NCBI RefSeq assembly: GCF_002105155.1
Contig: NW_019029020.1
Coordinates: 310,001-374,000, forward strand
Length of the DNA stretch: 64,000 bases
Reading direction: 5' to 3'
Source of the DNA: Lobosporangium transversale
Taxonomy: Eukaryota
A model generated the notes under the pieces. The model was not told the DNA's origin and did not search any database. It saw only the letters and a program-made list of their open reading frames with translations. Positions 49,456 through 63,049 of the stretch are shown here, one piece after another (the first letter of the stretch is position 1; each line of letters opens with the position of its first letter). Made by a program: the position numbers and the translations under genes.

Positions 49456-52400
49456 ATGGTGTTAGAAAAACACACAAACGTGACCTGGTTCACTCCTTTG
49501 ACAGCTATCACGACAAAGGCGAGTGCTTCGTTGAGGCTCAACAATGATTCCCTTCTTAATACTCCATATGAATCTGAGCCTTCCAATGGAATCTCAAAGT
49601 CAGTCATTGATCTGTCTAAAGATCTACACTGTCCTTCACAACAAAATCAGAGCCTGACTGTGTATGGCCCTGTGTTCAACGCCAATAATACACGAGCAGG
49701 ACATACTATCGCCATGTGGCCTGTGTCTGAGTCTACGGCCACTTCCAATAGCCAGCAAGAATTAGCCTATCCCGACGATTCAATCCTGGTCCCAGTCAAA
49801 AAAAGATGCGGCTCTTACGCTTGCAAACCAGAAGACGAGAATTCGTTGTTATGTGACGAATCAAATGGCTCAAATGACTATGAATATGGCCACTATAATG
49901 TTTACAGTATGTACTCTGCTACAAATATACCTTTGGAGCTATTAAATAGCATCTTCTTAAACCTACTGTATGTCCCAAGCGACAACCTCAAACGACTGGC
50001 TGAAGAAAGGGATCGTGCCAGAGTCATGGCTGGCAAGCGATCTTACTGCCATACCGGGCTTATGTCGCTGTCACATCATCTCCAGCCGTACCTCATGGAT
50101 ATCGATTGGCCTCACAATGACTATATTGCTGCTAAATACACTAGGCAGGTGTTAAACGAGCAATACCCCCATCAATACCACTCATGCCAGTGCTATTCGC
50201 CCCATCAAAATGAGAATAGATTGTACAGCTGTACTTTTTATGACCACTACCATCAACAGCAGTTAACAAGTAATCAAAGCCCCTTTTGGCCTGCTCCATC
50301 CACCTCTGGTAAGGTGGACCTCCACGATCATGCCAATCAAGGGTTCGAATACGGCGACGAAGACTCCGAAGAGTATGAGGATTCGGAAACTCACAGCGGT
50401 GACGGAGCCAGTCAAAGTAGATCTCAGGACAAGGAGCCAACTCTAAATAACATGATGTCAGACCTTACTGTCGAGCATCAGAATAGTGTGGCTGGTTGGG
50501 AAACAGATCACAGCGAAGACAGCGATAGTCTTGGCTATTCGAGCTCAGAAAGCCAAAACACTCGATTTGAGCTCCAAAGGATAAGTTCAACTAGCTCTTA
50601 CTCGAATGAATCCGAGCCTGAGGACAGCAGTAGAACTCCCAGTGAAGGTGGGAACACAACTGATACGGAAAGCTTTCTTTCGGATTCGTCAACAACTATT
50701 GCTAGTCCGTGCAGCAGTAGCAGTAATGCAGAAACAATCACACAAACCTACTATTCTCGTCGCATCCACGATAGTTCCTTCATTGGATCCGCTTTCTGTA
50801 CAAATCTGCCATTCCTATCCGTACCTCATAGGCGAGGTATTAACAGAGTAGATGATGATCTAGGACAAGAAGAGATGATTTACCAGCTTCACCGTGACCA
50901 ATACTTTCATCCCACAACACACACATCCTTGCGATCCGATCTATACATTTGTTCTCTAGTGAATCGTCAGTGGAGAATTGCAGCACTGCAGCTTCTTTGG
51001 CAGAGTATCGTTTTAGATTCGGAAAGCTGCCGCATAGAGCCCTCAGACCCCTGTTTCTGTTGCGGAACATTCGAACAATCAAGGTAATTTAAACAGATCA
51101 TAAGCCGAAATGTAGTTTTTATGTCAGAATACCATACGCATTTTTAATGACTTTTTCAGTTGAGTGTATTCACTTTATGCACTGTTTCTTCCCTCTATAT
51201 CTTAATATCCTTATCTTCCTAAACAGAGCTGCTCGGACGCGTCTCGAGGCAATGTTGGATAGTTATTTAGAAGTTTATAGCCTAGACCTTGCAAAGTGCG
51301 TTCAAACCGTAGAGCTTGATTTACGTGTGTTAATTGGAGGCTCACAGGTGGGGATCATAGCTCGTATTCTCAAGAGACTATCTCCATTTACGCATCTAAG
51401 GCTGATATGGACAGATATAGAGCCCCCAGAGGATGTAGCAAGGAAATTTGCTGGGACAATGACATCACTGAGTCCTCAAATTCGTCACGTACATTTTTCT
51501 GTCGGATTTGTGATTTCGAAAGTCTGGACGCGAGAGCTTGACAAAATGTTGAAGTTAACAACGATAACGCTAGAGGACCTAGGAAGTATGGATAGTATTG
51601 AGCACGACTGGTCTAGGATCGAACGTCTTAGGATGAATGCTGTAATCCCTTGTAATATCTTTGGATACCCTGCTACACCGGCACTTGACCCAGCACATCT
51701 GACCTACCACATAGCGACAAACGCAATTTCAGGGCAGGCGTGGGAGCTAAATGAAAACCAGGTAGCCTTTGCTGATGGGCACACGTCCAGCTCGGTAGCG
51801 CAACCCATAGGGCATCCGCAGCTTACAGAATCAGCTGTTTTGTCTTCTGGTTGGTGGCGATGGTCAAGCTTGCGCAAAATCGAGATCCAAATGCAGGATA
51901 CTATCCTCCCGCGAGAATGGCTGCAAGATTTGACAGCTGTTATTGCGAAAAACTCTGCCGTTTTGAGGAAGAGACCACAACAAATTGTAGCTTCAGGCTT
52001 CGATGCTTTTACTATCGATTCGCAGATAGTCGCTGACCCGCAAATGGCTGCCACTACTTCTTTCACATCCCTAGGCCCACCATTGGAAGTCCTTAACATT
52101 GATTGTGAAGTCTCCCATCCACATAAGGATATCTTTTTTGATCTCATCCATGCTTGGGGAGATCAGCTCAAGGAATTCCACTTTACAAAAAGCGCTGAGC
52201 TGACGGATGACTTTTTCTTACTATGTCTCCAAAACATGATCAGAGTCAAAAAACTAAGTCTACGAGAATCCAGGGGCATCACAGGCGAAGGTTTCAATCC
52301 CATTAGTAGCTGTTGCAGTCCCGACGGCAGAGGCAGCAATAGTTTGTACACAATAATTTGCGATGACAAAAATAGCAATACCATTTCAGGCCGCGTACCC

Positions 52401-52601
52401 TTATTAGAGCCAACTATGGGTATGAACCAAGCGTACCTGCATAACTCCATGCACAAGCCAACTAAGACGTTTCAATGGCGACGCGACTTCCTGGAGCTTA
52501 ATTTGGATCAATCGCGCGTCCGCAGCGATTTCTTAGACATGCTTAAGCTTCATTGCCCATGTGCACGATACACAGTCCGTGAAGTCCGCCACTATCTGTA
52601 G
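49456..52601 (+). CDS. F-box-like/RNI-like LRR protein with a long insertion inside the F-box, 2 exons
   Basis: NIPLELLNSIFLNL...DLYICSLVNRQWRIAALQLLWQSIVL, then LRR-like segments (LTTITLE, LRKIEI, LEVLNID, LKEFHF, VKKLSLRESRGITGEG, FLELNLDQ). Confidence 0.75.
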
Positions 52602-52822
52602 CGCTGATGTTCCAGTATGTACATGTACATTTTGTCCATAGTAATAAATGTTTCAAAAGCTGAAATATATGAGCTTTTCTGCTCCTTCTCTCAATTACCA
52701 TTATTAAACCATCCAAAGTTGGTCTGTATTATTGCACTGATAGAATATCAGTTGTATCCAGTTCCCTTACCCCCTCCCCCACAAAAAAAAACAGACTTTT
52801 TTTTATCTCTCCTTTGATCCCC

Positions 52823-53434
52823 ATGGTAGTCAAGGATAAGATAGTGCTCGAGAGTGGGCTCTTCTGGAAATTGGCGATCAAGCCCACACAATTCAAAGGA
52901 TACTTCTGTGAGCCAGTAACTCGCCAATTTGAGTCAGAGTTGGAGCCATGTAACCGCCATGATTACCGTTGGAGATGCATTTTTACCGAGAACATGATTA
53001 ACGGCAAGACCACCATTGATATTGTAATCCAGCCTGCCCAGGTCTCTTCGGCACAGTCGCAGAGAAGCCAGCAGCAGAGATCTGTCAACCATGAGTCTGA
53101 CTCAAATGCAGTAATGAGTCAATCTGAAGGCGGTTGTTTGGGACAGGGAAGGGAGTCGCGTCAAGAAGCACAGTCGCAGCTGCGATTGCGAGAACATTTT
53201 GTTGCCAGAGGAACCGAATCGCTAGAGGCTAATGGTAACGCGCAACAGCCTTGCCAGCGCCCCGCAAAGATACACTCTGGCCCTATACAAGAAAACGAGC
53301 TACCTACGCCACCAAGGATTCGGTATTCTATCATAGCGATCCACACCCCTAAACAATGGGCACCTGCAATTTCTACAACTCTCAACCATACCACTGATGA
53401 TGGCGCATCTATTCATGGCAAGTGCATCCACTCT

Positions 53435-53469
<35 letters not shown>

Positions 53470-55682
53470 ACAGCTGATCCTGATCTGCTGATCTGATAGG
53501 ATGCATACAAAAAGGGTAGCCTATCAGTAAAGGATCTGATGGTTTGGTCCACAAACTGAGTGTGCTGCACAAAAGAGGCTCTATTTAAAAGACATGACTC
53601 CCCAAATACATATATACTGAGGCTCCTTCTTTTACTTTTATAGTTGGCCTTGATGCCGATGTAATTCTACACCGTGGTATGTATCATTTTGAAATCGTTT
53701 TTCTCGAAGACATTTCATCTTATCAAGTTCCAAGCCTTTGTTCATGCCATCGAATCCTGGACTCAATGTTCCATGAGGTCATCGCGGAGCCAATACCCGA
53801 TACTACCGGCGCCGATATTTGGTTTGAATTTACTTCAGAGGATTTGGCTCGGAGCGGTCATGGTAATGATGATGATCGAGGCAGGAAGGCCACGACAGTT
53901 GTGGGTGCTCACATTAGCGTTCTCTCGCGGCACAAATATTTCGCTATGTGGATTGAGCGAGAAAGGGAGATGCAGAAACAGCGCCGACGCCAGGAACTGG
54001 ATGAAGAGTGGCGCATACATCGAGAGAGTCAATGGCTCCTTGGACAGCATCGGCAGCATCGGCATCAGCAACAATCACCAAGATATGGCATAGATGATGA
54101 AGATGAATTAATACAACATGGATATTCTCTGCCGTATGGGGATCTAAAATATCAACAAACATTTCCAGCGCTCGAACAGACAACCCATATATCTTCATCT
54201 TTTCTCCCACATCCACAGTCGCGCTCATACATTAAGGAATCAAATGAGACTGAGGGTATAGACCGTAGGATTACGTATCCAAGTTTTACTCCGACAACCT
54301 TATCGCACATTCACACACAGCTGCTTCCAGCATTAAGGATTCCAGTCAAAGATATATCCTTGGGCACGTTTCAAGTCATTCTATATTTTATATATATGGG
54401 ACGTATTGGCATTTCAAAACAACAGATAGCTGACATTGACTCTTACTGGAATGAAAACGCCGAGGAATATCGGCTTCCAGAAGAGGACAGTGACAATCTA
54501 CAGAGTCTTTTGGAGAAGGGTTGGTCCGCATATCGCCAGTATGATGGATCCAAGGTTGAAGACCCTAGAGGCTATCCATGCTGGACCCCAATCAATCTGC
54601 CCCCACTTAAACCTTCGACAATAGCTGTAGAAGACTATTCCGACGGCGATGAAGTATTTGGTAAAGTTGCTGGTACTACTGATGACGATAACCGTTCAGG
54701 GGGGCGGACATTTACAGCGCCACTCTTTGCTGCGTCTGATGGGCCTGACTGTAGTACTAATAGGCAAGGCAATACTCCATGTGTCTATACCTTCCCATCC
54801 GCGTGGATGTTTTTGCCTTGGATCTCTTGTACTCGTGGAAAGCAGGTTTTTCTAGAAAATTTAGTTGATGAGCAATCAAGATCGCCCCAAGAGGGAAATC
54901 ACCACTTTAATTTGCCTTCTACAACTTCACAATTGCTCCCTCAGCCTCTTCTTGCATCTCGTTCTGCGAGTTGTTCCTGGGAAGACCTTTTAATGGCCTC
55001 AACTCTTTATGAAATACAGGACCTTCGTGCGCTGGCCATTAAAGCGGTGGAATGTCATAGTCAGATGACACTAATTCAGGCATCGATCAGTAGCCATATG
55101 GCTGCAAAAGTAGCCCATAATGGCTTTGATGAGAGCACTTTGGATCTTCAGCTGGCTATATGCGAACAGAACTTACGTGCCTTCCTAAAACTCTATCGGT
55201 GTCCATTACTAAAGGCCAGTGGCGAGGGTCTAGCTTCCAGAACAGGGGAACCCCGTCATGCCATGTATCAGCGTGAGCAAGATTTAGATGGAGTCCAAGG
55301 GGAGATCCGCACAAGGCCATGGTGGGGAACACGAAAGGATCAGCAGCAAAGAAAAGATATGGAAAAAGGATCGGAGCAGGAGCAGCAGCAGCAGCAAGAA
55401 CAGGTGAAAGAAAAAGGCCAAGAGTCAGAGTCAGAGTCAGAGTCAGAGTTAGGGACAGGAGAGCCAAAAGTCCGGGGTTTTAAAAATGAAAAAAGTGACC
55501 AAGTCGGACAAGATGAGCATCAACAACAACTGAGATCAGCACCTACGTTAGAGGCCATTGAAAAGGCGTTTGCGGCGCCGGAATGTGATGCAGCCATTGA
55601 CGAGCTCTGTGAAGATATTCAAAGCCACTATCAGCCCTTGTATGATATTATGCAAATGCGATATTGCACTGGAACTGAGTAA
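52823..55682 (+). CDS. BTB/POZ-domain protein with large insertions; 2 exons, GC-AG intron 53418-53643
   Basis: ADIWFEF...VGAHISVLSRHKYF...IPVKDISLGTFQVILYFIYMGRI...WEDLLMASTLYEIQDLRALA are the BTB core motifs in order. Confidence 0.8.
55422..55449 (+). repeat. (GAGTCA)n hexamer microsatellite encoding ESESESESE
   Basis: gagtca x4 plus gagt in the BTB gene's last exon. Confidence 0.9.
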
Positions 55683-56002
55683 AAATAAAAATTAGCATAG
55701 ACACACATTAATGAGAGGCAACAAATAAAGGCACAGGACTTGTGTTCTTATCATGACATCTGTTTCCAGAGATGCTTTATTGATTAGTTTTTATTTATTT
55801 TTCACTTTTGCTAATTTTTTTGTTGTAGTATACATTTTTTTTTTTTGAATATCAGAAACAAAGGATGAAATGTTGTTCTCTCATCCATGGGACGTTTGAC
55901 AAATGTAATGATGGTGATGATATGAACAGCAAGATAGAAAGAAGAGAGCAAGTTGTCATCGAGCAAGCATCAGTCCCAGGTTGAATTAATATGAGACTAT
56001 GT

Positions 56003-59000
56003 TTATTGCTCACGGTCCGTCATTTGGTTTGGTTGCTGTTGCTGCTTAAGCTGTTGCTTCTTTTCCGCTGCTGCAATGCGATTGATCTCCTCCTCCAGTT
56101 TATCAATCTTAATCCATCCCACAGCCCCATCCTGAACTGGTTCAAGCATGACCCAGCCACTCTCTTGGCCAGTCGTATGCTCAATGCATGTCCATGGGAA
56201 TACTTCATCCAATGACTCCTCGGTCCTTGTCAAAAGATCCTTGCGTACCACACCTGGTGGCAACTTCTTCTTCTTTGTCAAATTGCTGCTACTCAAATTG
56301 CTATTAGTGATTCCCGCTCCGGACGCGGGGTGATAAGACGTCGACACTCGATTTGCCTTCTTTGCTACGACTGGTTTTGGTTTCGATCCAAATAATCGGC
56401 TTTTCTTTTGTGACTTCGCAGCTGCTACCGCTGGATTGGGTAAAAAGCCCTTGGGGTCCCTATCTATGATAGGGTTTCGTATCAAAGACGAGGAAGACGA
56501 GGAAGACGATGAACCAGCATTACTCGCAGTTGTAATTTGTTTGCCAGATTTCATGATCTCCTTACCATCTGATGAGGTCGATCCTGTTGCTGACGGTGTT
56601 GCCGATAATCTGCCGGATATATTCTTCTGAGGCTTGCCTGGGTCTGACTTAACGTAAGGTGGAGGCGCCCTGTTAATAAACCCGTTATTGCTCTTACTGT
56701 GGTCCCAATCGGAAGGACGTGGGTAAGGCAACAGCTTTGGCGAGAGCGTCGATGTTGTTGAGACTGCACCCGTAATTGGAGACTTCGCCATGACTGGGGT
56801 CGTCGTCAAAGGTTTTGATGTCGAGGATCGTGCCTTTGGAGCCGTCGCATTCTGGCCGATATTCGAGAGCCTTGATTGCAGTACTGGCTGGGTAGACCCA
56901 GCAGAGAAGGATCCAGTTGCGATAATAGTCGCTTGGCCATTCCCATCGGTAGAGCCTGCTTTCAGAGCTGCTAACGCCTTGGGATCTTTGGCGAGGGCCA
57001 TGAAGCTCTGCCTTGCTGCTTTCATTGCGGCTTCTCTCTGCGCACGGCTTGGGCCTGGATCTGTATCTCGACTATGCCCATGACCTACGATCGCCTCCGA
57101 TGTATGGTCCCCTGATGTTGTCGTGTTCGTCCCAATTCTGGACATTCGTTTCTGGTGGAGACCCGTCAGATACTGTTCCGGCTCAGAGAAAAAATCTGAT
57201 TTGAAACCTGATTCTGAAAACGAATCCCACTGTAACTGGTAATAGAGCTTACCATCCTTCAAAAGCGTAGCAGTCGAGAATCGGTACTCTCGTTCGCCAG
57301 CCTTCTTGGGATCTGTTGTTGAGGATTGGAGACCGTCCTTTTTGGAACTATCCTTTACAGATCCGCTATCATCTGTAGTATATGAACTCTCAGACAGGGT
57401 CCGTTCACTCGCACTCCGATGTGGGCTACGTTCGTCAGATGCTGTTACGGTCTTGCTTCTTCGACGCTGTTGCTTAGTATTGACATTACCGGGACTGGTT
57501 CCTTTGGGAGGACCAACTCCTAGATGATCTGTACTTGTCGCAGGGACTGGTAATGAATCTTGAGCTGCACGTCTCCAACTTCCTAAGGTGCTCGATCCAG
57601 AATTGGAGCGCGCATGAAGCATTGTAGCAGGCGCAGATGTAGGAGGCAGATTGTCCTCTGAACTGCCCGCATTGGATATGCCAGTATTGCCCAAAAAGCT
57701 GAGTTCAAGGCGGGGAGGCTGGATTGAAAATGATGGAGGTGGTGGGGGTGGTGGAGGTGGCGGGGAACCTCCTACGACTTGATTATTCGTCTTGGAAGAT
57801 TTGAGCTGCTCCTCACTTGGCTTTGAGCGAAGCTTGTAAGAAAGCGCACGGATAAATCCCGCGGCCTTGGACTTGCTTTCAGAGCTATGTGAAGATGCTG
57901 AAGAGGATCCAACAACTTGTTGAAGAGGAGTTGTAGACGCCGAATGCTGATTGGGCTGGCTCCTACTATTAGATCGACTAACAGGCTGGGACTGTATTGG
58001 TGAAGAAGTACCGCTTTGACCACCCTTTGTGCTAGGAGACTTTTTATGAGTATCTTTATATTGGTATAGACCTTGAGTGTAGCCCGGAGGCGGAGAAATT
58101 GGCTGTTCAGAAAGGCTCTCTTGGAATTTGGATTTGTGGGGAAGAGGCGCGATGGGAGTAAAGTGTACGCTAACTTCGCCATCTTTGGGACGAGAGACAA
58201 CTTCGGGCTTGTATTCATCACTGGATGATGAAGACTGGGAGATAATGGAGGCGTTTGAGGAATTGGGAGCAGATGTAAGCTCATTTGTATTTCCAACTGA
58301 TAATTTCTTTGAGTGAAGGCCATCATTAGCCCCTAGCTTAGCATTCGTCTTTGCGGACTTGGCGATGGTTTTGGAATAGGATCGTCCAAGGCCCTGTGAA
58401 GCGCTCCTTGAAGGGATCGCAGGTCTTTCCAGATCCTGCGACGCTGATTCAAACGAAAAAGTGGAACTGGTAGGAGATGGAATACTCTGGTCTTCGTCAT
58501 TTTTAACCTGCAACAACTGCGTACGAATATCCTCAGCAACCTGAGATCGCTCTGCCTGGACTGCCAGCTCTCGTGTAAGGATTTCCTGTCGGAGTTCATT
58601 TGGTTTCTTGTGTACTCGGCCATGCATAGTGTGTGGATCCAGTGAAACTGAACGGCGTAGAAGAGAGCTTCGTTTGGCACGTTGAGGGCTCATAGAAGGG
58701 GAGGCATGGTCCAGAACAATACGGACCTTTGCGCTTGCAGACTGCTGCGTTGAGGATAATGGGGACAAAAATGGAGACGAGCTAGCGTCAGTCTGGCCTT
58801 GCTGTAGGGCAGATGCTGAATTTGATGAACGCTTTGAGGGAACTCCCGAGATCATAGGTGATGGTGGGGCTTGTCCTACTTTGGTTGATGCGCTGTCAAT
58901 GCTACTGATGCTGTTGGATCGATAGATACTCGTGCACTGTGAGGGAGATGAGGACGGCAACTCCTCTGCATGAAGGGCATCCATCTTTGTAAAGTCCCAA

Positions 59001-60601
59001 TCTAGATCACCTGCAAAGTCCGGAGCAAGTCCTTCAAGAGATGGCTCTGGTTCTGATTCGTAACCATCTGTGGACGTATCAACAGGCAACATGTATAGAC
59101 TCTCCACATCGCCCACGGAAGAACGACGACGATTCCTATCTGCGGGGCGCAACAACTGCGAGTTCCTTGATTGGCGGCGAAGATAACTTAAATGGGCCTG
59201 ATCTTGCATAATCTCTTCGTATTCTTGGTCATAAAAGGGTAATTGTGTTATTGGTCCTGAGCGTGTCGAGTTGGACTTTGCTAGAGAATGCGGTGATGCG
59301 GATCGTGGAGTGGCTGCAGGGTCATAGACCCCGCTGCCAGAGCGATTAAGGGAGCCAGTGGTGGGTCCAACCTCATTCCTTTGGCGTGCGCTCTTCACCT
59401 TACGAGTGATATTATCAACATAACGGTTTTCGTCGATATCGTCTTCTTGTTCAATCTTTGCCAGGTCGTGAGTGGTTTTGATACGAAGGAAAGCACGAAG
59501 TAAGTCCTCACAGGCAGCACCCCACAAATTACGCTGCTGTAAAGATGCATCAAAAGTTGAAAACTGCTCTGGCTCGGCCATGATACTGAGCGAGATGGCC
59601 TTGGCAACGGTGACAAGTGTCATATTGTTGAGATGGGCGAGCAATGTGACATCTGCGCAAAGTGAGAAGAGGTCTAGTAGGATAGCACGATTGGTCGGCG
59701 GCAAGCCACGCACAAAGCAACTGAAGCTTCGGTCTAAAGAACAAAATAAAAATCTCTTTCATGAATCAATCACACTACGAGAACGAAGAGAAGAGCAACC
59801 TTTCATTCCTCCCGTTGGTCGCATTGACAGCACTCCTGCGTTGAACTAAGAAATTAAAAAAAAGCTTTGTCCTGACAGCAAATATCCGGGTGTTTATCCT
59901 TACCTTGATCAAGATAAAGTGTCTGATAATCTGTATATTTAACTAGGGTTTCTTCTGAGCTACGGATAGCCCATTTCATAGCATGAGCTACCAAATGAAT
60001 GTCAACTCGATGTAGTGGCGAAAGCTCTGTGCTGGCATCATCGTCCAAGATCATCCGTATCGTATCCATGACCACTTTCTGATTGTAGCCCATCTGAACC
60101 TGGCGAAGGATCCCCTTCGTGGTCAGACCTAGATGGGTATTGAACAACCCATGTGAGGAAATGTATGAAAAAATGTGAGTTCGTCAGGCCATGAAGATTA
60201 AAATAAGAAATAAAAAAACTAAGTGAGTAACACTCACCTCGCTCGCGAATCTCTCTGACACAGCGCTTGACAACCACCAATGTCATTTCCATTGAGAGCT
60301 CTGTCAGGTCTCCGTCGTCTGTAAAGACCTTTGCCATCAGTGTCTTTTTTTGGACACTCTTTGCCCGTCGCAAGTTACCGTTGCTACTAGATGACCGTAA
60401 AAGTGTGCCTTGTCGTGAAATAGATGAATGAGATGAGCTAATGCCCTGAAATTCTATTGTCCTTCCATTTGGATTCCCATTGTTTGCTGTGCTGCTGCTG
60501 CTTCCGCTGGATGCAAGATTACTGTTTGCGCTGGTACTACTGCCGGTGCCTTTGAACTGCTCTCGTAAGTTCTTGGCACTAGAAACTAAGCGCAGAGACA
60601 T
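56003..60601 (-). CDS. RhoGAP-like (Msb1/Mug8/DUF1708-type) protein with a very long disordered C-terminus, 3 exons
   Basis: VVKRCVREIRERGLTTKGILRQ (Arg-finger position)...DIHLVAHAMKWAIR...LPPTNRAILLDLFSLCADV...NNMTLVTVAK follows the RhoGAP fold pattern. Confidence 0.8.
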
Positions 60602-63049
60602 GGTTGCTCAAAATGTGCTGGTTTATATACTGCTCCTTTTCTTGCTTTGCGTTGCTGTGCACAGTTGTTGTTGTTTGTGTTTTTTTTTTTATTCAGTGCA
60701 ACTAAGCAGTTTGAATGCAGGGCTGGTTTCTTGTTCTCTTTCTTTTTTAGTTAAGGAAACTTGAAAGAAAGGAGAACTCTTGTCTTTGAAGCTCAAAGTT
60801 AAAAAAAAAAGAGAGAGAGAGAAAAAAAAGAAATAAAGATGAACCTGTTGAAGGAGCAGAAAAAAGAGTGGAAAAGGCGTAGGTAGGGGTGGGGATGAAG
60901 AGATGAAAAGGAAGGGTAAACAATAAAGAGGTTGGTTGAGTTTATGTTTGTCTGGTATAGATGGCACGCCAAGCAAGGTTAATAAGTGGGTGAAATTGAG
61001 CCGCGGAATGAGAGCATCAGATTTGACCAGACAGGGGACAACAACAAACGAAGTTAATAGATTAAAATAATTATTATATCGGGTCAGTTATCACATTAAT
61101 CGGAGCAGCATGCCATTCAGAGCGAGCGGATCAAAATGACCCCCACATTGGATGACAAGACAGCCAAGGCAAGTCAAAGAGAGAGAGTGTGTGTTAGTTG
61201 GAATCAATAGTATATATAACAAATAAATTAATGATAAAAGGGGGTTCAAATCGGAAAAATAACCACAATGGTGAATGCGATGTGATTCGTGGTTAGTGGT
61301 TAATTGTCATTAGCATGGGATGGTTTTACAGACCCGACATGAGAACGCGGCAGAAAAGATTCATGGATTTAATCCGGTAAGAAAGAGGACAAAAAAAAAA
61401 AAAAATACGTGGTTAGCTGAAGGACAAAGTAATGTTCAAAGGATTAACAAAGGACTTCGGGTTGCAAATGACAGGCACACACATGCGCAAGGTTTTGTGG
61501 TCCAAGAATTGTCTGAATGAGAAATTGTTGAAAACGTGCAAAGTAGCTCGTCGTAAAAAATTGTGTGAAACAAGGAACATTGATTATGACCGAGAGAACC
61601 AAAACAAATCAGAGGCAAAGGGATGTGACACATGCGACGGATGGACTACATGCTGTTAATGTGTTACAAACTACACGTGTTTATAGATATGAACATGAAT
61701 ATGAAAATGAAAATGGAATCTGAACATGAAGAAATACTAAAAGACGATTCATGTCTCAATGGGTAAGCGAGTGAAAAAGGCTTTTCTTTAAAATTAGCAA
61801 CAAATGAGGGTTTCGGAATGATCCTCCTTCAGGAAAAGTGCACCATGCTATTGATGGAACGATGGGATGCAAGTGACTAGTTAATTACCTTTCTTTCTTT
61901 TGTGTTATGCTCTATCAGCTACATGTAGAGGATTTGTTGGATCACCTCGATGTATCAATTGTTCGAAAGGGTACTATCGATACTGAATTGTCCAGAAATT
62001 TAGAAACATAATGATTAGCAAAAATGTCAGGGGTCAATAATGCTCAACAGTCTAGAATCATTACTCCAACGGCATAGAGGATCTCACAGTCGGATGAGAA
62101 GGAAAAAGTTATTCGTAGACAAATTTGAAGGGAAAATAAGCACAGACTGATGTTTTTCAGTGCACTGCTGAAGAATGTATATATGACAGTCGACGAACGA
62201 CTATGCCTCTTGATCTGCCTGTACATGTTACTCAGGCAGGCGTTTAATACCTACAGTGATCTTGTTTTAGATCGTAACCTAACAGTCCTGCCAATGTTGG
62301 AGCAGGTAAAAAAGTTCGAATCGACACAAATCAAACTTGAAGTATATATTTCTACAATGGATAAATAAGTTGAAAAAGTGAGGATCATACAAAATGAAAT
62401 GGGGTCAAGAAGAGGAAGTATTATTTATGAGCGAAATAAAAGAAAAATAAGATTTGCCATGCTCTCCTTTTTTCCTGTGGGCGAAAGGGTTGCAAATATT
62501 TACCCTTGCAATATCAGTTCTTCATGTTTACACAGCTCAACCAAACATTTTATTTCTCCAGAAAGGCTGAACGTCAATCTTTTTTTTTTTTTTTTTTTTG
62601 CGACTGAATTGTATTGATGAATAGGACCATCTGAATATGGAAACCCTGCTTTTGGTAAAAAAAAAAAATAAAAAAAAAAAAGTGTATATATATACAAGTG
62701 TGAGAATCTGGGGTCTAAATCTGTCTCCTTAAAAAGTAAAGATCACAAGAACTATACCGGCTCCCATGCCCATTTGCCAGTTGCTGCAATTTAGCCTCAT
62801 CGCTCAAATGTATTTATAATATCACGTATTTTTGTATCCATCAGTTTCTCACAGCATTCAGTTGTGCTCTTTGATTTCAAATGGTCCCATACCAAAGATA
62901 TTTTTGTTGCAGAGGACAAACAATCGCCACATGGCAGTTTTTCCTTTGTAATATAGCGATACAGAAATACAAGGCTACAAAGGTTTATTCCAGACAACAG
63001 AGATGTTGTGATCAACAAAGCTGTAGTCTGTTTTCCTTTTTATTTTTGG

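Noticed and set aside
14883..55682. Apparent ubiquitin/proteostasis cluster (cul3, Trx-UBX, Met30, two F-box genes, BTB)
   Set aside because: The genes are interspersed with unrelated housekeeping genes, and F-box/BTB families are large, so co-occurrence is expected by chance.
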